Assembly: GCA_963708025.1 (NCBI GenBank)
Contig: CAVPSB010000002.1
Span: forward strand, 192,001 to 256,000
DNA: 64,000 nt
Direction: 5' to 3'
Source of the DNA: an uncultured Candidatus Rokubacteria bacterium
GTDB lineage: Bacteria; Methylomirabilota; Methylomirabilia; Rokubacteriales; DASRDR01
In this document: positions 28,820 to 38,813 of the stretch, one piece after another
Position numbering within the stretch: the stretch's first letter is position 1
Layout: each line of letters opens with the position of its first letter
Program-made: the position numbers and the translations under genes
Notes under the pieces: model-generated
What the model saw: only the letters and a program-made list of their open reading frames with translations
Database searches by the model: none
Told to the model about the DNA's origin: nothing

Positions 28820-30969
28820 GAAAGGGCAAGTCGGGGCCGGGGCCGGCGGCGCCCCCGCGGGTCTCGTTCGCCGACGTGTCCGGCATCCTGCAGCCGGCCT
28901 CGATCGCGGTCGTCGGCGCGTCCGACCGGCCGGGCAACCTGGGCGGCGATACCGTTCGCCACCTGGTGCGGTTCGGGTACCCGGGGCCGGTGTGGCCGGT
29001 CAACCCGCAGCACGAGCGGGTCGGCGGGCTGCCCTGTTACCCGAGCCCCGCGCGGCTGCCGGGGGTGGCCGAACTGGTGGTGCTGGCCGTTCCCGCCGGC
29101 GCTGTCCTCGACGCCATCGCCGAGTGCGCCGCCGCCGGGACCCGGAACGGCATCGTTTACGCGGGGGGCTTCGCCGAGGCCGGCGGCGCCGGCGTCGGCC
29201 TCCAGGACGCGCTGGTGGACCTCTGCCGCCGGACCGACTTCCGGCTGTGCGGGCCCAACTGCGTGGGCGTGATCAACGCCGCCATGCCGATGACGGCGAC
29301 GTTCGCCACGGCGCTCCAGGAAGTCGACCGGCTCCTGCCCGGCGCGATCTCGATGGTGAGCCAGAGCGGCGGGATCGCCACCAGCACCCTGGCCCTCGCC
29401 CACCAGGCGGGATTCGGCTTCCGCCATCTGATCAGCACCGGCAACGAGGCCCGGCTCGACTTCGCCGACTACCTCCACGCGCTGGCCCACGACGAGGGCA
29501 CGCGCGTCATCGCGGGGTACCTGGAAGGGGTCGCCGACGGCGAGAAGCTGCTGGCGGCGCTGGCGGAGGCGCGCGACCGACGGAAGCCGGTGGTCCTGAT
29601 GAAGGCCGGCACCACCCGGGCCAGCGCCCAGGCCGCCCAGGCCCACACCGGCGCGCTGGTCGGGGAAGACCGGGTGTACGACGCCGTCTTCCGCGAGCTG
29701 GCGGTCATCCGCGTGTACTCGATCGAGGAGCTGGTGGACGTCGCCCTGATGGCCAGCGGGATCGATGACGGCCGGCTGCCGAGCGGCCCCGGAGTCGGCA
29801 TCGTGACGTTCGGCGGCGGCAACGGGGTCCTCGCCGCGGATCAGTGCGCCCAGCACGGGCTATCCACCCCCACCCTCCGGGGCCGATCGGTCAGGCGCCT
29901 GAAGCAGCTGCTCGTCCCCGTCGCCTCGGCCGCGAACCCCATGGACCTCACGCCCCAGACCGCGTTCCGGCCCGAGTGGATGGCCCGGCTGCCGGAGGCC
30001 CTCGACGTCGTGGCCGCCGAGCGGGACATCCAGGCGCTGCTGGTCATCGTGGGATCGCTGGCTTCCCGCGCCACCGAGATCTCGGACGTCATCGTCGGGC
30101 TCCGGAAGCGCGCGCCCAAGCCGGTCTGCGTGAGCTGGCCGAGCGCTCCCCGGGGCGTGACCGAGCGGCTGGCGGGCGAGGGGATCTACGCCTTCGCCGA
30201 GCCCGCGCGCGGCGTGCGCGCGCTCAGCCGGCTGGTCCGGTACCGGACGAACCTGGCGCGGCCCCGCCATCCGGCGCGGGTCCGGCTGCCGAGCCTCGAC
30301 TGGTCCGCCTTCGTCCCGACCGGGAGCACCCCGACGGTCGTCCCGGAGCCGCAGTGCCACCGGATCCTCGCGGCGGGCGGGCTGGCGGTGGCGCCGGGGC
30401 GGGCGGTGACCTCGGCGGCGGGCGCCGCCCGCGCGGCGGCCGCCCTGGGCTTTCCGGTGGCCCTCAAGGCCGTCTCCTCCGCCGTCACCCATCGCGCCGC
30501 CGCCGGGCTCGTCGCGCTCGACGTCCGCACCGGCGCGGAGCTGGCCGCGGCCTACCGGCGGCTGATGGCGCGCGCGCGCACGCTGCGCCAGGAGGTGGAC
30601 GGCGTCTACGTCCAGCGCATGGTGCCCGGCGGGGTGGAGCTCCTGGTGTCGGCCTTTCGCGACCCGCTGTTCGGGACCATGGTCACCTGCGGCGCCGGGG
30701 GGATCCTGACGGAGGTCCTCGACGACGTGATCGTGGAGCGGGCGCCGGTCGACGGCCGTCTCGCGCGCGATCTACTGGGCCGCCTGCGCGTGACGCGCCG
30801 GCCCGACGCGCGACTGGACCCCCGGGCGGCGGCGGAGTTCGTCGCGCGCTTCTCCCGGCTGGCCTCGGCCGCACCGTGGCGCCGGTTCGTCCTGGAAGTG
30901 AACCCCGTCAAGTGGACGCCGGAGGGCGCGACCGCTGTCGACGGCCTCCTGGTGATCGAGGAGTTCTGA
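28816..30969 (+). CDS. acetate-CoA ligase (NDP-forming) family acyl-CoA synthetase, paralog 2
   Basis: Collinear with 14033..16156 (SFADVSG, GPNCVG, SQSGG, AHTGAL, PWRRFVLEVNP). Confidence 0.88.
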   Translation: MRKGKSGPGPAAPPRVSFADVSGILQPASIAVVGASDRPGNLGGDTVRHLVRFGYPGPVWPVNPQHERVGGLPCYPSPARLPGVAELVVLAVPAGAVLDAIAECAAAGTRNGIVYAGGFAEAGGAGVGLQDALVDLCRRTDFRLCGPNCVGVINAAMPMTATFATALQEVDRLLPGAISMVSQSGGIATSTLALAHQAGFGFRHLISTGNEARLDFADYLHALAHDEGTRVIAGYLEGVADGEKLLAALAEARDRRKPVVLMKAGTTRASAQAAQAHTGALVGEDRVYDAVFRELAVIRVYSIEELVDVALMASGIDDGRLPSGPGVGIVTFGGGNGVLAADQCAQHGLSTPTLRGRSVRRLKQLLVPVASAANPMDLTPQTAFRPEWMARLPEALDVVAAERDIQALLVIVGSLASRATEISDVIVGLRKRAPKPVCVSWPSAPRGVTERLAGEGIYAFAEPARGVRALSRLVRYRTNLARPRHPARVRLPSLDWSAFVPTGSTPTVVPEPQCHRILAAGGLAVAPGRAVTSAAGAARAAAALGFPVALKAVSSAVTHRAAAGLVALDVRTGAELAAAYRRLMARARTLRQEVDGVYVQRMVPGGVELLVSAFRDPLFGTMVTCGAGGILTEVLDDVIVERAPVDGRLARDLLGRLRVTRRPDARLDPRAAAEFVARFSRLASAAPWRRFVLEVNPVKWTPEGATAVDGLLVIEEF

Positions 30970-30971
30970 GC

Positions 30972-31805
30972 GTGCGCGGATCGCTCGCCGCCGACTGCCA
31001 TGCCCACGCCTTCTGCGGCGCGGAGTACGCCTACTCGGCGGACACGGTGTACGTGCCGCACCCGAGCCAGGCGGGCACGACGGAGAAGTTCCTGGCCGTG
31101 CTCGACGCGCACGGCTTCACGCACGGCCTGCTGGTGGGCGCCGGGCCCTACGGGCCCGACAACCGGTGCTTGCTCCGCGGCCTGGCCACCGCGCCGGGAC
31201 GCCTGAAAGGCATCGCGCTGGTCCGGGCCGACATCGGCGACCGGGAGCTGGCGTCCCTGGCCGAGGGAGGCGTGGTGGGCATCCGGATCAACCTGTCCAC
31301 GCACGGCCTCTCCCAGCTCACGGAGCCGGGGGCCGATCGACTGCTCGCCCGGATGCGGGAGATGAAGTGGCTCGTCCAGGTCCACTGCGAGCGGGACGAG
31401 CTGGTCGAGGCGGCGCCCATCCTGTGCCGGGCCGGGGTGCGCGTGATGATCGATCACTTCGGCCGGCCGGACGTCGCGCGGGGCCCCGGCCAGCCGGGGT
31501 TCCGGACGCTGCTCGAGCTCGGCCGGTCGGGGGACGCGGTGGTGAAGCTCTCGGGGCCGTTCCGGTCGTCGGTGGAGGGCTACCCGTACCGGGACGTGGA
31601 TCCTTTCGTGGCGGCGGCGATCGAGGCGTTCACGCTGGACCGCTGCGTGTGGGGCTCCGACTGGCCCTTCGTCCGCCTGGACGAGCGCATGGACTACGGT
31701 CCGGGGCTCGCCTGCCTGCGGCGCTGGCTGCCGGATCCGGGGGACCGGGAGGTGGTGCTGTGGGACACCCCGGCGCGCCTCTTCGGATTCCGTGGCTCAT
31801 CTTGA
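30972..31805 (+). CDS. amidohydrolase family protein (LigI/lactonase-like)
   Basis: DCHAH, YGPDN, GIRINL, IDHFGRP, VKLSG, WGSDWP. Confidence 0.85.
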   Translation: MRGSLAADCHAHAFCGAEYAYSADTVYVPHPSQAGTTEKFLAVLDAHGFTHGLLVGAGPYGPDNRCLLRGLATAPGRLKGIALVRADIGDRELASLAEGGVVGIRINLSTHGLSQLTEPGADRLLARMREMKWLVQVHCERDELVEAAPILCRAGVRVMIDHFGRPDVARGPGQPGFRTLLELGRSGDAVVKLSGPFRSSVEGYPYRDVDPFVAAAIEAFTLDRCVWGSDWPFVRLDERMDYGPGLACLRRWLPDPGDREVVLWDTPARLFGFRGSS

Positions 31806-31844
31806 TGTACAGGTATTGACATGAAAGTGGCAACCAAGTAGCGT
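31802..31844 (+). promoter_or_regulatory. sigma70 promoter with putative GntR operator
   Basis: TTGACA(31816)-17 nt-TAGCGT; near-identical to 11042-11084. Confidence 0.65.
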
Positions 31845-31951
31845 CGCCGGCAGGCGGCCGGCGGTCGGCTGCGCGCCGTCGCGACACCCCGGCCCGCCCG
31901 CGCCGCGCGACCTCCGGTCAACCGAAACCGATCGACGAGGGGGACAGACGC

Positions 31952-32419
31952 ATGCTTGGCGGGTACATCAGCGATCTGGAGGCGGGGGACGTCTTCGAGC
32001 CGGTCGAGTACGTCGTGACGCCGTACATGGCCAGCGAGTACGCCCACGGCGTCGAGGAGAACTGCGAGTGGTTCCACTCGCCGGAGTCCCCATCCGGGCG
32101 GCAGATCCGGCCGCCGACCATGATCCACGTGGACAAGATGCGATTGCTCGAGAAGAACTGCCTCAAGGAGCAGCGCATCGCGGGGGCCAAGGGGCCGCAC
32201 GCCCGCATCCACTACGAGTACCACGCGCGTCACCACAGTCCGGCGTTCGTCGGGGAGCGCCTGATCGTCAGCGGTCGCATCGCCGACCGATACGTGAAGC
32301 GCGGCCGGACCTACCTCTGGTACGAGATGGAGGTGCGCACCGGTGACGGCCGGCTCGTCACCACGTACTCGGACCGCACGCTGCTCAGCTACGTGCCGGC
32401 TCAGGAGGCGACGCGATGA
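31952..32419 (+). CDS. MaoC-like hot-dog fold protein
   Basis: GDVFEPVEYVVT, PSGRQIRPPT, HSPAFVGERL, YVKRGR. Confidence 0.7.
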   Translation: MLGGYISDLEAGDVFEPVEYVVTPYMASEYAHGVEENCEWFHSPESPSGRQIRPPTMIHVDKMRLLEKNCLKEQRIAGAKGPHARIHYEYHARHHSPAFVGERLIVSGRIADRYVKRGRTYLWYEMEVRTGDGRLVTTYSDRTLLSYVPAQEATR

Positions 32420-32880
32420 CCAAGGCGGGCGCCGCCGGCGACCTCGAGGTGGGGGCCGAGCTGACCGGACCGGTCCGGGTCATGACCCGCGAGCGGATCC
32501 GCTGGTACGACGACGCCATGCTGTCGGCAGCCAGCGGTCAGTCCGTCCGCGCCGGAGCCAACATCCACACCGACGACGACTACGCGCGCTCTCAGGGCCT
32601 GCCGGCGGTGATCGCCGACGGGATGATCACGACGAACTGGATGTCGGAGATGCTCGTCGCGCGCTTCGGCATGGGCTACCTCGAGCGAGGGGAGCTCCGC
32701 ACCAAGTTCATCAAGCCGATCTACCTCGGCGCGGTCGTCTCGGTCCGGGGACGGGTGCGCTCGGTGGAGCGGACGGCGGGCGGCGCCACCCAGTACGTCC
32801 TCGACGTCTGGTGCGAGGACCAGCACGGGGTGAAGGTGACGGACGGGGACGCCCGGGTGGAAGCGAGCGCCCGGCGGTGA
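32416..32880 (+). CDS. MaoC family (R)-hydratase/dehydratase
   Basis: ANIHTDDDYARSQGLPAVIADGM, KFIKPIYLG. Confidence 0.82.
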   Translation: MTKAGAAGDLEVGAELTGPVRVMTRERIRWYDDAMLSAASGQSVRAGANIHTDDDYARSQGLPAVIADGMITTNWMSEMLVARFGMGYLERGELRTKFIKPIYLGAVVSVRGRVRSVERTAGGATQYVLDVWCEDQHGVKVTDGDARVEASARR

Positions 32881-33812
32881 AGCCGGCGGGCGGGGCCGGG
32901 GACCGGGCGACGCCCGGCGGAGCGGGGAGGGTCGGCCGGCGGCGGCGGGTCGATCTGCTGCCCTACGCGCTCATCGCGCCGATCCTCGTGCTGCTGCTGG
33001 CCGTCAGCCTCTATCCCGGCCTGTACGCCATCCGGCTCGCCCTGACCGACGCCTCGCTGCTGAGGCCGGCCCAGGCCCGGTTCGTCGGGCTCCAGAACTT
33101 CGCGCGCATGGCCGGCGACCCGGTCTTCCTCCAGGGTCTCTGGCGCACGGCGCGGTGGGACGCGGCGGTCGTCCTGACCCAGCTGGCCATCGCGCTGCCG
33201 GTCGCGCTGTTCCTCAACCTCGGCTTCCGGGGGCGGGGGGTGGTGCGGGCGGCGGTGGTGGTCCCCTACGTCATCCCGCCGGCGGTGACGGCGCTCCTGT
33301 GGGTGTACATGTTCGACGGGACCTTCGGCGTCGCCAACGACCTCATGGTGCGACTGGGCCTCCTCGGGCAGTACGTGTCGTGGCTGAGCGATCCCGGCGG
33401 CAGCTTCGCCGTGCTGGTGGCGGCGATGGTCTGGTCCGGCCAGCCGCTGATGGTCATCATCCTGCTGGCGGTGCTGCAGACCATCCCCCGGGAGCTGTAC
33501 GAGGCGGCCAGCGTGGACGGCGCCAACCCCTGGCAGCGCTTCCGGCACGTCACGCTGCCCCGGCTGGTCCCGACCATGCTGTTCCTCCTGCTCATCCGGG
33601 CGATCTGGATGTCCAACCACATCGACCTGATCTTCATCATGACCCGCGGGGGCCCGGGCTTCAGCAACTACACCGAGGCGGTCTACAGCTTCATGCTGAC
33701 GAACCAGTTCGAGATCGGCTACTCGTCGGCGGTGGCGGTGGTGCTGGCCCTCATCCTCGTGGCCAGCTCCGCCCTGTACGTCCGGCGCCTGACCCGCACC
33801 GTCCTGGCATGA
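32877..33812 (+). CDS. carbohydrate ABC permease (MalF-like)
   Basis: FVGLQNF, IPRELYEAASVDGA, TRGGP. Confidence 0.88.
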   Translation: MKPAGGAGDRATPGGAGRVGRRRRVDLLPYALIAPILVLLLAVSLYPGLYAIRLALTDASLLRPAQARFVGLQNFARMAGDPVFLQGLWRTARWDAAVVLTQLAIALPVALFLNLGFRGRGVVRAAVVVPYVIPPAVTALLWVYMFDGTFGVANDLMVRLGLLGQYVSWLSDPGGSFAVLVAAMVWSGQPLMVIILLAVLQTIPRELYEAASVDGANPWQRFRHVTLPRLVPTMLFLLLIRAIWMSNHIDLIFIMTRGGPGFSNYTEAVYSFMLTNQFEIGYSSAVAVVLALILVASSALYVRRLTRTVLA

Positions 33813-34663
33813 CGCGATGTCGGGTGGTGGCGCGCGCGTCGGTGGCGCTCGGCTCCACGGCCATCCTGGTGTTCTCCCTGGCGCCGTTTCTGTGGATCTT
33901 CATCGCGTCCATCACGCCGGAGGTGAGGGCGGACCTCTCGAAGCCGTGGCTCAGCGTCCGGCACGTGGAGTACTTCCCGGCCCAGCCGACGCTGCAGAAC
34001 TACCGCGACCTGTTCGGGAGCGTGCCCTTCGCCGTCTACTTCCGGAACAGCGCCATCGTGGCCAGCGGCACCATGGTCCTGGCCCTGACGGTCGCCAGCC
34101 TGGGGGCCTACGGCTTCGTGCGGTTCCGGTTCCGGTTCCGGGGCCCGCTGCTGGCGGCCGCCTTGCTGACGTACATGATCCCGAGCGTGGTCCTGCTGGT
34201 GCCGCTCCTGGTGATCTTCCGGGGCTACGGCCTGATCAACACCTACCAGGGGCTGATCCTGGCCGAGGCGACCAACACGGCGCCGTTCGCGCTGCTCTTG
34301 ATGATCAACTACTTCGCCACCCTGCCGCGGGACCTGGAGGAGGCGGCGCAGGTGGACGGGTGCGGCCGGCTGGGGACCCTGGTCCGGATCGTCATCCCGT
34401 TGTCGGTCCCCGGCCTGGTGGCCGGGGGCGCGTTCGCCTTCATCGCGACCTGGAACAACTTCCTGTTCGCCTTTCTCTTCACGACCACGGACCGTGTGAA
34501 GACGCTGCCGGTGATCATGCGGCTCTTCGCCCTGGGCGAGCCGGCCGTCTGGGGCATCAGCGCGGCGGGAGCGATCCTGACCACGCTGCCGGTGGTGCTG
34601 CTGTTCCTGCTCTTCCAGCGCATGCTGATCAGCGGGCTGGCCGCGGGCGCGGTCAAGGGCTGA
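33809..34663 (+). CDS. carbohydrate ABC permease (MalG-like)
   Basis: LPRDLEEAAQVDG, WNNFL, KTLPV, GLAAGAVKG. Confidence 0.88.
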   Translation: MTRCRVVARASVALGSTAILVFSLAPFLWIFIASITPEVRADLSKPWLSVRHVEYFPAQPTLQNYRDLFGSVPFAVYFRNSAIVASGTMVLALTVASLGAYGFVRFRFRFRGPLLAAALLTYMIPSVVLLVPLLVIFRGYGLINTYQGLILAEATNTAPFALLLMINYFATLPRDLEEAAQVDGCGRLGTLVRIVIPLSVPGLVAGGAFAFIATWNNFLFAFLFTTTDRVKTLPVIMRLFALGEPAVWGISAAGAILTTLPVVLLFLLFQRMLISGLAAGAVKG

Positions 34664-34667
34664 AGAT

Positions 34668-34803
34668 CGGGGGGGCCTCGGAAGGCCCCCCGAGGCCCCC
34701 CCTCGGAGGCCGCGACTGCTGGACGGCCTTCGGCCTGTGGGCCGCGGCTCGGAGCGGAACGCCAGGGCCGCGCGGCCGGGACCTGGGGGTTGCGAGAAGC
34801 CGG
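34668..34803 (+). repeat. R1 repeat, long (~135 bp) copy
   Basis: Collinear with 59123-59259 from the G/C hairpin to ttgcgagaagcc. Confidence 0.85.
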
Positions 34804-34876
34804 TGGGCGGCAGGACTGGGAGCGACCGGTGTTGACGGACGCTGAGGGGACAGCCTCGGCTCGGAGGAGGTGCTCG

Positions 34877-36178
34877 GTGAAGGCAAACGCGATCTCGCGA
34901 CGTGATGCCCTTCGTGTCATCGGCGGTGCCGGTCTGGTGGCGAACGGGGGGGCGTCACTCCTGGCGCGGCCGCGACCGGCCGCGGCCCAGGCGGCGGCGC
35001 CGGCCGTCCGCAAGAAGGTGAAGCTCGCGTACTGGACGTGGGCCGACAACCCGGTGCATCAGAAGATGATCGTGGACTCGGTCGACTCGTTCAACAAGGC
35101 CCAGGGCTTCGTCACGGTCGAGCTGGACGCCACCGCGGCGGTGATGGAGGTGCGCAAGAAGATCGTCGTCGCCGCCGCCGCCGGGTCGGCGCCGGACGTG
35201 GGGGGCACGGTCCAGACCCACGTCCAGGACTGGTACGACAACGGCATCCTCCACCCGGCCGACGAGTTCTTCGGGAAGTGGGCCGAGCGGGCCGACTACT
35301 TCCCGAACGTGGTCGACGCGATGCGATCGAAGCCGGGCCAGCCGGTGCTGTACATGCCCAACGCGATCCTCCCCTACGTCCTGTACTACCGGGCGGACTG
35401 GTTCCAGGAGGCGAAGGTCAGCCCGCCGGTGACGTATCCCGAGTTCATCGAGGCCGCGCGGAAGCTGAGCAAGCCGCCGGAGCGGGCCGGCTACGCCATC
35501 CGGGGGGGCGACTATTTCGGGCTCCAGGTGATCGAGCCCATCTGGGCGAGCGCCGGGGTGAAGTTCGTCGACGAGAGCGGGAAGGTGGACTTCGACTCGC
35601 CCGATGCGATCGCGGTCACCGAGAAGTGGGTCGGGATGTACACCACGGACAAGTCGGCCCAGGCGACCGCCGTCAACGACCGCTATCCGCAGCTGTTCGC
35701 GCTCATGGAGGGCAGCCGGGCGGCCATGTGGATCTACGGCACCCACGCCAATCCCCAGCTCGACGCCGCGCTGGGGGCCCGGATCCAGGCGGTCCCGACC
35801 CCGCGGGTGAAGGACCGGCCCTACATGCTGGCGAACCCGGAAGGCCTCATGATCCTCAGCGCCTGCAAGGAGAAGGAGGCCGCCTGGGAGTTCGTCGTCC
35901 ACATGTCGTCCGGCCAGCCGGCCCGGGTCTTCACCCAGGGCCGTGGCCTCCTGCCGGTCCGGAAGTCGATTGCGGCCGAGCCCGTCTTCCAGCAGAACCG
36001 CTTCTTCAAAGTGGCGGCGGCCTCGGCCGCCACCTGGTGGAGGCCGCCCTTCTCCCACAAGCACTGGGCCAACTACCAGGACAAGATCGCGCCCTACTGG
36101 CAGCAGGCCCTGCGCCAGGAGATCTCGGTGAAGGACTTCCACGTCCAGGCGGCGAAGTTCCTGCGCGGCGAGGCGTGA
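34877..36178 (+). CDS. ABC extracellular solute-binding protein (CUT1), Tat leader
   Basis: SRRDAL leader; APDV; LYYRADW; KEAAWEF; SD GGAGGAGG. Confidence 0.88.
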   Translation: MKANAISRRDALRVIGGAGLVANGGASLLARPRPAAAQAAAPAVRKKVKLAYWTWADNPVHQKMIVDSVDSFNKAQGFVTVELDATAAVMEVRKKIVVAAAAGSAPDVGGTVQTHVQDWYDNGILHPADEFFGKWAERADYFPNVVDAMRSKPGQPVLYMPNAILPYVLYYRADWFQEAKVSPPVTYPEFIEAARKLSKPPERAGYAIRGGDYFGLQVIEPIWASAGVKFVDESGKVDFDSPDAIAVTEKWVGMYTTDKSAQATAVNDRYPQLFALMEGSRAAMWIYGTHANPQLDAALGARIQAVPTPRVKDRPYMLANPEGLMILSACKEKEAAWEFVVHMSSGQPARVFTQGRGLLPVRKSIAAEPVFQQNRFFKVAAASAATWWRPPFSHKHWANYQDKIAPYWQQALRQEISVKDFHVQAAKFLRGEA

Positions 36179-36235
36179 GCCGGCGCCGCCGTCCATCCGG
36201 ACGGCCCGGCGGCGCCCCCCCGACGGCGAGGGTTC

Positions 36236-37738
36236 GTGGAGGCCTTTCACAGCCTGATCAGCGGCTTCGCGGTCGCCTTGCGACCGGAGAACCTCCTGTT
36301 CGCGCTGGCCGGCTGCGTCATCGGGACGGTGGTCGGCGTGCTGCCGGGGATCGGCCCGATCGCCGGCATGGCGATCCTGCTCCCGCTCACGTTCAAGCTG
36401 GACGCGACCGGCGCCATCATCATGCTGTCGGCGATCTACTACGGCGCGATGTACGGGGGGACGATCACCAGCGTCCTCCTGAACGTGCCGGGCGAGGGCG
36501 CCTCCGCCGTCACCGCCATCGACGGCTACCAGATGGCCCGGCAGGGGCGGGCGGGGGCGGCGCTGGCCGTCGCCGCCATCGGCTCCTTCGTGGGGGGGAC
36601 GCTGGCCACGGTGGCGCTGGTCGTGGCGGCGCCCCCCCTGGCCACCGTCGCGCTGCGCTTCGGGCCGCCGGAGTTCTTCGGCCTCATGGTCCTCGGGCTG
36701 TGCCTGCTGGTGGGACTGTCGGGACGGTCGCTGCTCATGGGGCTGATCAGCGCGTTGTTCGGGCTGGCCCTCTCGGTCCCCGGGACCGACGTCGTCGAGG
36801 GCACCCCGCGCCTGACCTTCGGCGTCCTCGACCTTCTCGACGGGATCAACTTCGTGCCGGTGATCATGGGGCTGTTCGGCATCGGTGAGATCCTGTTCAA
36901 CGCGGAGGGGACGGCGCCCCGGGTCTTCGAGGCCCGGGTGACCTCCCGGATGCTCACGGCCGGCGAGCTGAGGGAGTCGGTGGGACCCATCCTCCGGGGG
37001 ACGGGGATCGGGCTCTTCCTGGGCCTGGTGCCCGGCATCGGGACGATCATCCCCACGCTGGCGTCGTACGCCGTGGAGCGGAAGCTCTCGCGGCACCCGG
37101 AGCGGTTCGGGCACGGCGCGATCGCGGGGGTGGCGGGACCGGAGACGGCGAACAACGCCTACGCGAACGGGGCCATGATCCCGCTGTTCACGCTGGGCGT
37201 GCCCGCCTCGCCCACGATCGCCGTCCTGCTCGGCGCCTTCATGATGAACGGGCTGACCCCCGGCCCCTTCCTCTTCAAGGAGCGGCCGGACTTCGTGTGG
37301 GCGGTCATCGCCAGCCTCTACGTCGGCAACGTGATCCTGCTGGTGCTGAACCTGCCGCTGGTGGGCCTGTGGGTGAGCGTTTTGAAGGTCCCGTACTCGA
37401 TCCTCTTCCCGCTGATCCTGAGCTTCACGCTGGTCGGCTCGTACAGCGTCAGCCACAGCCTGTTCGACGTCGGGACGCTGATCGTCTTCGGCGTGCTGGG
37501 CTACCTGTTCAAGAAGCTCGACTTCCCGGTGACGCCCATGGCCTTCACCCTGATCCTCGGTCCGCTGACCGAGAAGGCGCTGCGGCAGTCCCTGTCGATG
37601 TCCGGCGGCGACCCGGCGATCCTCCTGCGGAGCGCCGTCGCGACCGGACTGCTGGTGGTGTCCGCGATCGCCCTGGCCGTCCCGCTCTGGTCGTGGCTCC
37701 GGCGGGCCGGCGCCCGGTACCGGAGCGCCTCGGCGTAG
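36236..37738 (+). CDS. tctA: TTT large permease TctA, paralog 2
   Basis: GVLPGIGP, YYGAMYGG, GPETANNA. Confidence 0.92.
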   Translation: MEAFHSLISGFAVALRPENLLFALAGCVIGTVVGVLPGIGPIAGMAILLPLTFKLDATGAIIMLSAIYYGAMYGGTITSVLLNVPGEGASAVTAIDGYQMARQGRAGAALAVAAIGSFVGGTLATVALVVAAPPLATVALRFGPPEFFGLMVLGLCLLVGLSGRSLLMGLISALFGLALSVPGTDVVEGTPRLTFGVLDLLDGINFVPVIMGLFGIGEILFNAEGTAPRVFEARVTSRMLTAGELRESVGPILRGTGIGLFLGLVPGIGTIIPTLASYAVERKLSRHPERFGHGAIAGVAGPETANNAYANGAMIPLFTLGVPASPTIAVLLGAFMMNGLTPGPFLFKERPDFVWAVIASLYVGNVILLVLNLPLVGLWVSVLKVPYSILFPLILSFTLVGSYSVSHSLFDVGTLIVFGVLGYLFKKLDFPVTPMAFTLILGPLTEKALRQSLSMSGGDPAILLRSAVATGLLVVSAIALAVPLWSWLRRAGARYRSASA

Positions 37739-37765
37739 CCGGGCGGGAGACACGAAGGAGGAGCG

Positions 37766-38731
37766 ATGGAGCATCTGAAGCTGGCTCTGGCGCTGACCGT
37801 GCTGCTCGGGCTGGCCGGCGGGACCGAGGCCGCCGAGAAGTACCCGACCCGGCCGATCCGGGTGATCGTGGGCTACTCGCCCGGCGGGTCGACCGACCTG
37901 GCGGCCCGGACCGTCGCCGCCCACATGGAGAAGACCCTCGGTCAGCCGATGACCGTCGAGAACCGACCGGGCGGGAACGGCGCGGTCGGCACCGGGGCGG
38001 TGGCCAAGGCGACCCCCGACGGGTACACGCTGGTGATGACGTCGGGCTCGATCCTCACCATCATGCCGTGGGTGGTGGACCTCGGCTTCGATCCGCTGGA
38101 GCTCGCCTTCATCGGCGCCACCCACGAGTCGCTGCACGCGCAGCTGGTCCGCGCCGACAGCCCGTGGAAGACCGTCCAGGAGCTGGCCGCCTGGGCGAAG
38201 GCGAACTCCGGCAAGCTGGTTCACGCCACCTCGGGCGGCTTCGGCATCAACGACATCGGGATGGCCCAGCTGGCCCGGGCCGCCGGCGGCTTCGAGTACC
38301 GGACCCTGCCGACCGGCGGGGGCTCGGAACAGATCCTGAAGCTGCTGGCCGGCGACGCCCAGACGGAGCAGAACTCGGCGGCGCCGTCGCTGCCCCACAT
38401 CCGGTCCGGCGCCGTGCGGGCCCTGCTCGTCCTCAGCCCGTCGTGGCCCGAGCTGGAGCGGATGGGCGTGCCGCTGAGCAAGGACGTGTACGGCTTCACC
38501 GTCCGGAACCTGTCGTCGATGGCCGGACCGCCCGGGCTGCCCGAGGAGATCCGGCAGACCCTCGAGGACGCGCTGCGGAAGGCCATGGAGGACCGGGGCG
38601 TGATGGAGCAGATGCAGAAGATCGGGGAGCTGGTGGGCTTCAAGACCGGCGCCCAGATCCGGGAGGCGGTCAAGCAGGTGCAGGCCGAGCACCGCGCCAT
38701 GGTCGAGCAGCTCGGCCGCCGCAAGAAGTGA
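37766..38731 (+). CDS. tctC: TTT substrate-binding protein (Bug/TctC)
   Basis: YPTRPIRVIVGYSPGGSTD, ENRPGG, PDGYTL. Confidence 0.9.
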   Translation: MEHLKLALALTVLLGLAGGTEAAEKYPTRPIRVIVGYSPGGSTDLAARTVAAHMEKTLGQPMTVENRPGGNGAVGTGAVAKATPDGYTLVMTSGSILTIMPWVVDLGFDPLELAFIGATHESLHAQLVRADSPWKTVQELAAWAKANSGKLVHATSGGFGINDIGMAQLARAAGGFEYRTLPTGGGSEQILKLLAGDAQTEQNSAAPSLPHIRSGAVRALLVLSPSWPELERMGVPLSKDVYGFTVRNLSSMAGPPGLPEEIRQTLEDALRKAMEDRGVMEQMQKIGELVGFKTGAQIREAVKQVQAEHRAMVEQLGRRKK

Positions 38732-38744
38732 ATGTCCTGTCCGC

Positions 38745-38790
38745 TCCCTCTCCCTCCCGCGGGAGGGAGAGGGTCGGGGTGAGGGAGGGG
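38745..38790. repeat. BoxC-like R3 repeat
   Basis: ccctctccctcccgcgggagggagagggtcggggtgaggg. Confidence 0.7.
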
Positions 38791-38813
38791 CCGACTCTTT
38801 CGGCTCCGGGCCA

